Shown here piece by piece: positions 24,545 through 32,000 of a stretch of DNA of 32,000 nt (position 1 is the stretch's first letter; every line of letters begins with the position of its first letter). Under the pieces are notes generated by a model. That model was not told where the DNA came from. It saw nothing but the letters and a program-made list of their open reading frames with translations, and did not search any database. Source of the DNA: Oxalobacteraceae bacterium (lineage in GTDB: Bacteria > Pseudomonadota > Gammaproteobacteria > Burkholderiales > Burkholderiaceae_D). The position numbers and the translations under genes were made by a program. The DNA is taken from NCBI GenBank assembly GCA_947448025.1, contig CANFLV010000009.1:110738-142737 (forward strand), given 5' to 3'.

Positions 24545-26923
24545 TTACCAGGCATAGGCCGCCTTCAGGTAGTAGAAGCGGCCGTTAAAACCATTTGGTG
24601 CAAAGCCGCTGTATGGATTGATACCGCCGTTATTCAGATTGCCTGCGGACGTCACCTGGTCAGGATAGCGATTAGTCGCATTGTCTGCGCCAGCCGTTAT
24701 GCGCACATTGCTGGCCAGGCGGTAAGTGGCCGACAGATCGAGCACCCATTGCGGCGAATAGACCTGATCCAAAGTCGCATTGTTTTGCGGAACCTTGAAA
24801 CTGCCGTAGCGGGTGGCGACGGCGCGGGCATTCCAGCTGCCGATGCCGTAGTCGGAGGCCAGGCTGAACTTGTCGCGTGGCGAGCCGACGGTGGCCCGAT
24901 TGATCGATTGACGATCAATCAGCAGCAGACCGTTTTTGGTCAGGACATCTGGATTGGTCGCGACATTTTCCACGGTGTTTTCATTGTGGTTATAAGCCAG
25001 CGTCAAGTCTAAACGACCGACGGCGTCCAGCTTGAGACGGTAAGTACTCACAATGTCGATACCTGTAGTGCTCGTATCGACCGCATTGGTGAAGTAGCGG
25101 GCGGCGCCCACCGGCGTGCCCTGAGCCGCCAGGGTGCCCTTCAGCGCATCAGGTAGGGTCATGTTCGCCGACAGGAAGACGCGGTCATTGAGATCGACGC
25201 GATACAGGTCGACCGTCGTGGTCCACGCAGCGTTCGGCTGCAGCTGCAGGCCGATACTGTAGTTATGCGCCTTCTCCGCTTTCAGTGGTTTGGCGCCAAG
25301 GGCCAGAGCGGCCGCGCTGTTGACCGCGAATGTGCCGGTTTCTATCGGCGTGTTGACACCATTGACCACGGAGAAGTTGGTCGTCGTGATGGTGTAGAAC
25401 TGCTGCGCCAGCGACGGTGCACGGAAGCCCGACGAAATCGTCGCGCGCAGTGCGACCGCCTCGCTGAAGCTGTAGCGCGCCGCCGCCTTGGCCGAAGTGG
25501 TATTGCCGAAGTCACTATAACGTTCGTGACGCAATGCGCCCGATACGGAAAACTGCTCGTTGACATTGGTCTCCACGTTGGCATATATCGAGCTGTTATG
25601 CCGGCTGTTACTGCCGGCATTGACCGGTCGGAAGCCCGAAAAACCTTGCGCGCCGCTGCCAGAGTAAGAAGCGGCGTCACCGGCATCGATTTCATAGCGT
25701 TCGCGCCGCGCTTCAGCACCGACTGCAAGCGTAAGTGGAGAACTCAAGCCATCAACCGCGAACTCGCGCGCGAAATCTGCGTTGAGCACAGTCTGCACAT
25801 TGTCCAGGTTACCGGCATGGAAATGGGTGGGACTGACCGCACCAAGGTCCTGGTTCACGGTATTGTCAAGATCAAGGCGGAAGTTATTGCTGCCCTGGTT
25901 CAGGCTGAGGTCCCAGCGCCAGGCGCCGAGCTCGCCGCGTAGGCCTATGACCAGCGATTCGTCACGTGTCGTGCTGTTCTCGAGCGGCAGGAAGCCCTGT
26001 GGGTAAATAGGCGTGCGTGGAGCGGTACCGTTGAGCGCGGTGCGCCAGGTCGCAGCAGCCGAGGTGTCGCGGGTGCTAAAGCCGGCGAAAGCGTAGGCGT
26101 CGACAGCCTCCGAGAGGCGATACTCGCTATTGACGAAGGCACTGCGTGGTGTCGAATCTGGGTCGCCGAAGCGCTGGTTGATCTGGCCATAGCGAGGTTC
26201 GGCCGGATTGCGCAGGTCGGGACCGGCACGATTGGTCGAATTGCGGTCGTCTGCTTCCAGCGACAGGCGAACCCAGCCTTGGCTGCCCAATCCAAAGCCG
26301 GTCGAGCCGAGCAGGGAAGTCTGGCGCCCGTCGTGCAACTGATACTGGCCAATCGAAGCGGAGACATCGCCACCGTCAGCGCCTTTTTTCAGGATGATGT
26401 TGATGACGCCGGCGATCGCGTCGGAACCATATTGTGCGGCAGCGCCGTCGCGCAATACTTCCACGTGGTCGATAGCCGACAGCGGGATCGCATTCAGATC
26501 CACCGGCGCGGAACCGCGTCCCTGGGTACCGTTCACGTTGACGACTGCGGAAGTATGACGACGCTTTCCATTGACCAGCACCAGTACCTGGTCAGGCGAG
26601 AGACCACGCAATTGCGCAGGGCGCACTGCATCGGACGCATCAGCCCCGGACGGGCGAGGAAAATTCAGCGAGGGCAGCAAACGACCCAGTACGGTGGCCA
26701 GCTCGGTAGAGCCGGTTGACTGCAGTTCGCGTGAGCTGAGGATATCGACCGGCGATTCGGAATCGACCGTGCGGCGATTCTTGATATAGGTACCGGTCAC
26801 CAGGAGCGATGCAATATCGTCCGGTGCTGCCTGCTGAGCGAATGCCGGAACGCCGGCGGAAAAAATCAGGCTCAATGCCAGGGCAATACGTGATGGGCGG
26901 AACGGGTTATGGCGGGCTTGCAT
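24545..26923 (-). CDS. TonB-dependent outer-membrane receptor
   Basis: 792 aa with a signal peptide ending AFAQQ. The plug domain carries LRGLSPDQVLVLVNGKRR and IDHVEVLRDGAAAQYGSDAIAGVINIILK. A long beta-barrel ends in an aromatic residue (AAYAW). GAGAGAAGG SD is present. Confidence 0.92.
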   Translation of the reverse strand: MQARHNPFRPSRIALALSLIFSAGVPAFAQQAAPDDIASLLVTGTYIKNRRTVDSESPVDILSSRELQSTGSTELATVLGRLLPSLNFPRPSGADASDAVRPAQLRGLSPDQVLVLVNGKRRHTSAVVNVNGTQGRGSAPVDLNAIPLSAIDHVEVLRDGAAAQYGSDAIAGVINIILKKGADGGDVSASIGQYQLHDGRQTSLLGSTGFGLGSQGWVRLSLEADDRNSTNRAGPDLRNPAEPRYGQINQRFGDPDSTPRSAFVNSEYRLSEAVDAYAFAGFSTRDTSAAATWRTALNGTAPRTPIYPQGFLPLENSTTRDESLVIGLRGELGAWRWDLSLNQGSNNFRLDLDNTVNQDLGAVSPTHFHAGNLDNVQTVLNADFAREFAVDGLSSPLTLAVGAEARRERYEIDAGDAASYSGSGAQGFSGFRPVNAGSNSRHNSSIYANVETNVNEQFSVSGALRHERYSDFGNTTSAKAAARYSFSEAVALRATISSGFRAPSLAQQFYTITTTNFSVVNGVNTPIETGTFAVNSAAALALGAKPLKAEKAHNYSIGLQLQPNAAWTTTVDLYRVDLNDRVFLSANMTLPDALKGTLAAQGTPVGAARYFTNAVDTSTTGIDIVSTYRLKLDAVGRLDLTLAYNHNENTVENVATNPDVLTKNGLLLIDRQSINRATVGSPRDKFSLASDYGIGSWNARAVATRYGSFKVPQNNATLDQVYSPQWVLDLSATYRLASNVRITAGADNATNRYPDQVTSAGNLNNGGINPYSGFAPNGFNGRFYYLKAAYAW

Positions 26924-27190
26924 GGGTGGCCTTCTCTCTTTATCAACAAAATGTGAGGAGAGACTAGCAGCCCGGGCAACTATTGCCGACGAATCATTTC
27001 AAGCTAAGAAATTCGTAAATTGACTATTGATACTGGCGAACTCGTCTGCACAATTTGTTCGACAACATCGCCACATCAGGCGAACACGATCTGCATATTC
27101 AAATGCAAAATCATTCGTTTCCTTTGCCCGGCCCGAGCCGCAAACTGATTGCTCCAATCATCAATTTGAAGTTGGCAAAGGACCAAAATC

Positions 27191-27727
27191 ATGACCGCCT
27201 CCGCTTTGATCGCCGACAAGTCGGCATCTTCCCTACGCAACAATTCTGCCCGGCTGGATCCGCTTTCCAGCAAGGCCACCGGGCACGATTCGCCGGTGCT
27301 GCAGCGCGCCGAGGAGAAAGCCAGGGCCGGCAATCTGCCATTCGCCGGCTCGCTCAATCCGCGCGACGCATGGGGACTGCATCTGGCTGGCGACGCACTG
27401 ATCGTCGATGTTCGGACGGCGGAAGAACGCAAATTTGTCGGCTATATTCCCGGCACCGCGCATGTGGCCTGGATGACCGGCATCTCGCTCACGCGCAATC
27501 CGCGCTTTGTCAAGGAACTGGAGTCGCGTGTCGGCCGTGATGCCAATATCCTGCTGCTATGCCGCAGCGGAAAACGTTCTGCCTTGGCGGCCGAGGCTGC
27601 CGCCAAGGCTGGCTTCCAGCATGTATTCAATATCCTTGAAGGCTTCGAAGGCGATCTCGACAACCAGCAGCGCCGCGGCGAATTCAACGGCTGGCGTCAT
27701 ACCGGCCTGCCGTGGGTGCAAGACTGA
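27191..27727 (+). CDS. Rhodanese-domain sulfurtransferase with ~55-aa low-complexity N-terminal extension
   Basis: 178 aa with active-site loop CRSGKRS. The rhodanese fold markers LIVDVRTAEE and GW...GLPW are present. AGGA SD lies 8 nt upstream. Confidence 0.85.
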   Translation: MTASALIADKSASSLRNNSARLDPLSSKATGHDSPVLQRAEEKARAGNLPFAGSLNPRDAWGLHLAGDALIVDVRTAEERKFVGYIPGTAHVAWMTGISLTRNPRFVKELESRVGRDANILLLCRSGKRSALAAEAAAKAGFQHVFNILEGFEGDLDNQQRRGEFNGWRHTGLPWVQD

Positions 27728-28692
27728 TGAGCAAGGCACTGCGCGACTCGACCGAAGCCTATCAGAAAGTCGGCGGCTGGGGCGTCGGCGATATCGTCGC
27801 CGGCTTGCGCGCCGAGCGTGAACGCTGGCGCAATTCGCATCAACGCTCGCGCGAATTCGCCGTGCGGGAATTCCCGGCCCGCACAGCCCTACGTGAAATT
27901 GTCGAGTCGCTGTGCGGCGTGTTGTTCCCGATGCGGTTGGGGCCGACCGACCTGCATCAGGAAGGGGAGGATCACTTTGTCGGCTATACGCTCGACACCG
28001 CCCTTAATGCTCTGTATGAGCAGGTCCTGCTCGAACTGACCTATCAGCGTCGCCTGCTGGGAGTGCGGGCCGATACTGTTGCGGTCGACGCAGCCGTGAT
28101 CGTGCGCGCGTTTGGCGGCGCATTGCCCGGCCTGCGGCGCCTCCTGGATTCGGACATTGAGGCCGCCTTCCAGGGCGACCCGGCGGCGCGCAGCGTGGAT
28201 GAAGTGCTGCTCTGCTATCCCGGCGTGCTGGCAATTATTCACTATCGCCTGGCACATACGCTGTTTGGCCTGGGCGTGCAGCTGATCGCCCGCATCCTTG
28301 CTGAAATTGCCCATTCCATTACCGGCATCGACATCCATCCGGGCGCCCGCATCGGCGCCAGCTTCTTTATCGACCACGGTACCGGTGTGGTAATCGGCGA
28401 GACCACGGTCATCGGTAGCAGGGTGCGGCTCTATCAGGCGGTGACGCTGGGTGCCAAACGCTTTGCCATGGCGCAGTCCGGCAAACTCGAAAAAGGCGGT
28501 GCCCACCATCCCATCCTCGAAGACGATGTCGTGGTCTATGCGGGCGCTACCATCCTCGGTCGCATCACTATCGGACGTGGTTCCAGCATTGGCGGCAATG
28601 TCTGGCTAACGCGCAGCGTGCCGCCCGAGAGTCAGGTGACCCAGGCCAGCCTGCTGCAGGCGCCGGTCGACGCAGTTGTGAGCCTTTCATGA
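27727..28692 (+). CDS. cysE: Serine O-acetyltransferase (long EpsC-like form)
   Basis: The ATG overlaps the rhodanese stop (TGATG). The left-handed beta-helix hexapeptide region is GIDIHPGARIGASFFIDHGTGVVIGETTVIGSRVRLYQAVTLG. About 321 aa. Confidence 0.85.
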   Translation: MSKALRDSTEAYQKVGGWGVGDIVAGLRAERERWRNSHQRSREFAVREFPARTALREIVESLCGVLFPMRLGPTDLHQEGEDHFVGYTLDTALNALYEQVLLELTYQRRLLGVRADTVAVDAAVIVRAFGGALPGLRRLLDSDIEAAFQGDPAARSVDEVLLCYPGVLAIIHYRLAHTLFGLGVQLIARILAEIAHSITGIDIHPGARIGASFFIDHGTGVVIGETTVIGSRVRLYQAVTLGAKRFAMAQSGKLEKGGAHHPILEDDVVVYAGATILGRITIGRGSSIGGNVWLTRSVPPESQVTQASLLQAPVDAVVSLS

Positions 28693-28924
28693 ACGCCGGA
28701 ATTGCCATCGTTGCCAGTTTCGGGCAGGCAGTGCGCCATTTTCGTGAACAGAAACTTGGTCGCAGGAACGATTGGCCGCAACCGCAGACCTGAACCGTTC
28801 GTATCTCGGTCAGGTGGAACGCGGACAGGCCCTGCCATCGCTGGCGACTGCCAAAAAACTGGCGGCAGCGCTAGATGTCTCGCTCGCCGAGCTGGTCGAC
28901 TTATGGGAATGCAGCCAACCCTAG
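28689..28924 (+). pseudogene. XRE-family HTH regulator interrupted by a frameshift
   Basis: Frame A (ATG 28689, ATGA overlap with the cysE stop) gives MNAGIAIVASFGQAVRHFREQKL and then stops at 28793. The adjacent frame continues WSQERLAATADLNRSYLGQVERGQALPSLATAKKLAAALDVSLAELV to TAG 28924. The total span is 236 nt, one short of a multiple of 3. Confidence 0.6.
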
Positions 28925-28996
28925 CGCAATCATACCGGATTGTTTTACGCATTTTCGTCATTCACTTTCACCCACCCAAAAACAAGGAGCCTTTCC

Positions 28997-29923
28997 ATGA
29001 CACAAACCAGAGAGCCGACCGCACTGGGCGACATCGCCGCCCGGCAGTTAGCCAATGCGACCAAGAGTACTGCACAACTTTCCACCATCTCGCCGCGCTG
29101 GCTGGTGCATTTCCTGCAATGGCTGCCGGTTGAAGCCGGTATCTATCGGCTCAACCAGGTAAAAAATCCGCGCGACGTGCTGGTGGCCTGCACCGGGCGC
29201 GACGAGTCGGAGCTGCCGCAAACCTTTGTTGACTACGAGGAGCAGCCGCGCGAATATTTCCTCAATTCTGTTGCGACGGTCCTGGATGTGCATACCCGTG
29301 TCTCCGACCTGTACAGCAGCCCGCATGACCAGATCAAGGAACAGCTGCGCCTGACAATTGAAACCATCAAGGAACGCCAGGAAGCCGAACTGATCAACAA
29401 TCCCGACTATGGCCTGCTGGCCAATGTTGATGACGAACAGCGCATTTCCACTCTGACCGGAGCGCCGACTCCTGATGATCTCGATGACCTCTTGACCAAA
29501 GTCTGGAAAGAGCCGGCCTTCTTCCTCGCCCATCCGCTGGCGATCGCCGCCTTCGGTCGCGAGTGCACGCGTCGTGGCGTACCGCCACCAACGGTTTCGC
29601 TGTTCGGTGCACAGTTCCTGACCTGGCGCGGCGTGCCACTGATCCCATCGGACAAAATTTCGGTCGATGGCGGCAAGGCCAAGATCCTCCTGCTGCGCGT
29701 AGGTGAAAAACGCCAGGGCGTGATCGGCCTGTTCCAGCCTGGCCTGCCGGGCGAGCAAAGTCCGGGTCTGTCGGTGCGCTTCATGGGCATCAATCGTAAT
29801 GCCATCGCGTCTTACCTGATCTCGCTGTATTGCTCGATCGCGGTACTGGTGCCGGATGCATTGGCAGTTCTTGAAGATGTTGAAATTGGCAAATACCATG
29901 ACTACCCTGACACCTACAAGTAA
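28997..29923 (+). CDS. Family 2A encapsulin nanocompartment shell protein (SrpI-like, no cNMP-binding insertion)
   Basis: ATG 28997 lies 7 nt after AAGGAG. The 308-aa protein carries ALGDIAARQLANATKS, SPRWLVHFLQWLPVEAGIYRLNQVK, WKEPAFFLAHPLAIAAFGRECTRRGVPPPTVSLFG, WRGVPLIPSDK and LSVRFMGINR. These match my recollection of Family 2A shell proteins. The neighbourhood is the canonical rhodanese/cysE/cysteine desulfurase set. Confidence 0.85.
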   Translation: MTQTREPTALGDIAARQLANATKSTAQLSTISPRWLVHFLQWLPVEAGIYRLNQVKNPRDVLVACTGRDESELPQTFVDYEEQPREYFLNSVATVLDVHTRVSDLYSSPHDQIKEQLRLTIETIKERQEAELINNPDYGLLANVDDEQRISTLTGAPTPDDLDDLLTKVWKEPAFFLAHPLAIAAFGRECTRRGVPPPTVSLFGAQFLTWRGVPLIPSDKISVDGGKAKILLLRVGEKRQGVIGLFQPGLPGEQSPGLSVRFMGINRNAIASYLISLYCSIAVLVPDALAVLEDVEIGKYHDYPDTYK

Positions 29924-31700
29924 TCACCCGGGCCTCGGCGGCAGTCCACTGCCGGTTCTGCCGGATGAGGCGATCCTGGGACGTTTGGCTTCAGCATTCT
30001 TCCGGGCCCTGCCCAATGAAGACGCCGGCCAGTCTGGCGTCAGTGGGCTCAGTCATAGAGTGAACCAGCCGGACACCGGTGCGCCTGTACTGCTATCTTC
30101 GGCTGAGACGCAGCCGGCCTCAGCGGCCACGGTCGCACCGCCAGGTCGTGCTGCCGGCCTCGGCCTGCCGTTGCACTTTGCTCCTGCCTTGCCACAGGTC
30201 GGCCAGCCTGAGGTCGTGTCGGCCCAGGGCCAGGCTGCCTACTACTTTATCGAGCATGCGCTGGCACCCCAGGCACAAGCTGTAGGCGGGGAAAATCGCA
30301 TTGGCGCGCGTAGTTTCGGTCTGCCTGGTGAAGGCGCGCTGCATGGCGCACTCGATGCGCTTGCCGCGAGCCGTACGCCACTGCCGCAACGCGATACGCC
30401 GGCGCAAGGCGGGCAGTTCTACTTTCTTGACACGGCGCTCGCGCCGGCCCTGGCCCCGGCGGCCCATCCAGCTTTCGATGTGCATGCTGTCCGGCGAGAC
30501 TTTCCCATCTTGCAAGAGAAGATCAAAGGAAAAAACCTAATCTGGTTCGACAATGCGGCGACGACCCAGAAGCCGCAGTCGGTGATCGACAGGCTGGCCT
30601 ATTTCTACGCGCATGAAAACTCCAACATCCATCGTGCCGCGCATGAACTGGCAGCGCGCGCCACCGACGCCTATGAAGGGGCACGCAACAAGGTTCAGCG
30701 CTTTCTTGGCGCTGGCTCGAGTAGTGAGATTGTCTTCGTGCGCGGTGCGACCGAGGCGATCAATCTGGTGGCGGCCAGCTGGGGCGAACAAAATATTGGC
30801 GAAGGCGACGAGATTATCGTCTCTCATCTCGAGCATCACGCCAATATCGTGCCGTGGCAGCAGCTCGCTACACGTCGCGGTGCGCGCCTGCGTGTGATTC
30901 CAGTGGACGACAGCGGTCAAATCCGGCTGGATGAATTCCAGCGCCTGCTCAATCCGCGCACCCGTTTGGTCGCCATAACGCATGTCTCGAATGCGCTTGG
31001 CACCATCACACCGGTCAAGCAAGTGATTGATGCGGCTCATGCGGCGGGCGCGCTGGTGTTAGTCGACGGCGCTCAGTCGGCCTCGCATTTGCGCGTCAAT
31101 GTGCAGGAACTGGACGCCGACTTCTTTGTATTTTCCGGGCACAAGATATTTGGCCCGACCGGTATCGGCGTTTTGTATGGCAAAAAGGCCTTGCTCGACC
31201 AGATGCCACCCTGGCAGGGTGGGGGTAACATGATCGCCGATGTCACCTTCGAACGCACGGTCTACCAGCCGGCGCCGAATCGCTTTGAAGCAGGCACCGG
31301 CAATATCGCCGATGCGGTCGGCCTGGGGGCAGCTCTCGATTATGTCGAACGCATTGGCCTGGAAAATATCGCAGGCTACGAGCATGCCCTTTTGGCCTAT
31401 GCGACGCGCGGACTGGCGTCGATTCCGGGCGTGCGACTGGTCGGTACGGCGGCGGAGAAGACCAGTGTTGCGTCCTTCGTACTCGACGGTTATACGACCG
31501 AGCAGGTGGGACAGGCGCTCAACGACGAGGGCATCGCCGTGCGCTCAGGCCATCACTGCGCCCAGCCTATCCTGCGGCGCTTTGGTCTGGAGGCGACGGT
31601 GCGGCCCTCATTTGCTTTCTATAACACCTGTGAAGAGATCGACCAGCTGCTCAATGTGGTCAGGCGCCTGGCACGCGGAAAGGGTAAATTGGTGCTCTGA
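29898..31700 (+). CDS. SufS/NifS-type cysteine desulfurase with ~190-aa disordered N-terminal encapsulin cargo-loading domain
   Basis: The C-terminal ~400 aa is a class V aminotransferase, with PLP Lys in FSGHKIFGPTGIGVLYG and catalytic Cys in RSGHHCAQPILRRFG. The N-terminal region is Pro/Ala/Gly-rich and has no fold signature. The start is uncertain (ATG 29898, 29877 or 29856), and all three overlap the shell gene's 3' end. Confidence 0.88.
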   Translation: MTTLTPTSNHPGLGGSPLPVLPDEAILGRLASAFFRALPNEDAGQSGVSGLSHRVNQPDTGAPVLLSSAETQPASAATVAPPGRAAGLGLPLHFAPALPQVGQPEVVSAQGQAAYYFIEHALAPQAQAVGGENRIGARSFGLPGEGALHGALDALAASRTPLPQRDTPAQGGQFYFLDTALAPALAPAAHPAFDVHAVRRDFPILQEKIKGKNLIWFDNAATTQKPQSVIDRLAYFYAHENSNIHRAAHELAARATDAYEGARNKVQRFLGAGSSSEIVFVRGATEAINLVAASWGEQNIGEGDEIIVSHLEHHANIVPWQQLATRRGARLRVIPVDDSGQIRLDEFQRLLNPRTRLVAITHVSNALGTITPVKQVIDAAHAAGALVLVDGAQSASHLRVNVQELDADFFVFSGHKIFGPTGIGVLYGKKALLDQMPPWQGGGNMIADVTFERTVYQPAPNRFEAGTGNIADAVGLGAALDYVERIGLENIAGYEHALLAYATRGLASIPGVRLVGTAAEKTSVASFVLDGYTTEQVGQALNDEGIAVRSGHHCAQPILRRFGLEATVRPSFAFYNTCEEIDQLLNVVRRLARGKGKLVL

Positions 31701-31725
31701 AAAGGGCGCAGACAGACAGAGAAAA

Positions 31726-31750
31726 GGGCTCGTGCGGGCCCTTTTTTTTT
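31726..31750 (+). terminator. Rho-independent terminator of the encapsulin operon
   Basis: gggctcgtgcgggccc hairpin followed by nine T. Confidence 0.7.
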
Positions 31751-31779
31751 CTACTTACGCCACATGCAGCAGCGAAGGC

Positions 31780-32000
31780 TGTGGTGGTCAACTAATTTCG
31801 GACACAGCGATAGGTCTTTTTTCTGCCATGTTCCGTTCAAAGACGGCAGGCGGCAGATTGCCCAATACTGAATTGAGCCGTTCACTGTTGTAGAAGCCAA
31901 CGATGTACGACACGATGTCGGCCTTGGCTTCGGCTTGATTGGCATAGGTGCGCTGCCATACGCGCTCCATCTTGAGGTTAAGGAAGAAACGTTCAGCCAC
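31780..32000 (-). mobile_element. IS3-family insertion sequence, end fragment (transposase OrfB C-terminus, continues beyond the window)
   Basis: The minus-strand frame ..AERFFLNLKMERVWQRTYANQAEAKADIVSYIVGFYNSERLNSVLGNLPPAVFE.. matches the conserved end of the IS3 rve-domain transposase. The stop at 31788 lies inside a candidate terminal repeat, TGTGGTGGTCAAC (starting at 31780); that IS boundary is inferred. Confidence 0.75.

Noticed and set aside
26924-27190. Fur box or CysB/Cbl site in the receptor/encapsulin-operon intergenic region.
   Set aside because: There is no convincing match to the Fur 19-mer consensus by eye. CysB sites are too degenerate to call without a model.
28702-29133. 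143-aa ORF spanning the cysE-encapsulin gap.
   Set aside because: It reads across the XRE remnant and the 5' end of the shell gene in the wrong frame, with an Arg/Gly-rich low-complexity translation. It is superseded by the frameshifted XRE and the SD-preceded ATG at 28997.

Overview
This is a proteobacterial chromosome segment. Its gene content suggests Betaproteobacteria/Burkholderiales, but that is inference only. It has three parts.

(1) 1-13788 is GC-rich core DNA. It carries a LysR regulator, a porin, and a putative N-heterocycle uptake/catabolism cluster: BMP-family lipoprotein, Rieske oxygenase, 8-oxoguanine-deaminase-like amidohydrolase, and an NMT1/TauA-type ABC transporter. It also carries an HTH gene, tRNA-Arg(CCG), a membrane-anchored cytochrome c5, an Lrp/AsnC regulator and glmS.

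(2) 13788-23838 is a visibly AT-rich island of about 10 kb, integrated into the last codons of glmS.
- It is bounded by a 19-bp direct repeat (17/19 identical).
- Just inside the repeats are 21-bp terminal inverted repeats (20/21) that rebuild a dyad-symmetric attP.
- It encodes a large serine recombinase at the right edge, a catalytic-domain-only tyrosine recombinase, a small HUH Rep-like protein and an H-NS-like protein.
- It also encodes a MarR-like wHTH protein and a set of tiny membrane and zinc-ribbon proteins with signs of duplication and decay.
- A truncated second copy of the element's left-end module follows attR (23855-24540).

(3) 24545-32000 holds a TonB-dependent receptor divergent from a tightly coupled operon: rhodanese, serine acetyltransferase, a frameshifted XRE HTH, a Family 2A encapsulin shell protein, and a cysteine desulfurase with a long disordered N-terminal cargo-loading domain. 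An IS3-family transposase fragment sits at the window edge.

The encapsulin/cysteine desulfurase nanocompartment operon and the glmS-targeting serine-recombinase element are the two most noteworthy systems. The encapsulin family itself has already been described in other phyla. No CRISPR array or rRNA was seen.
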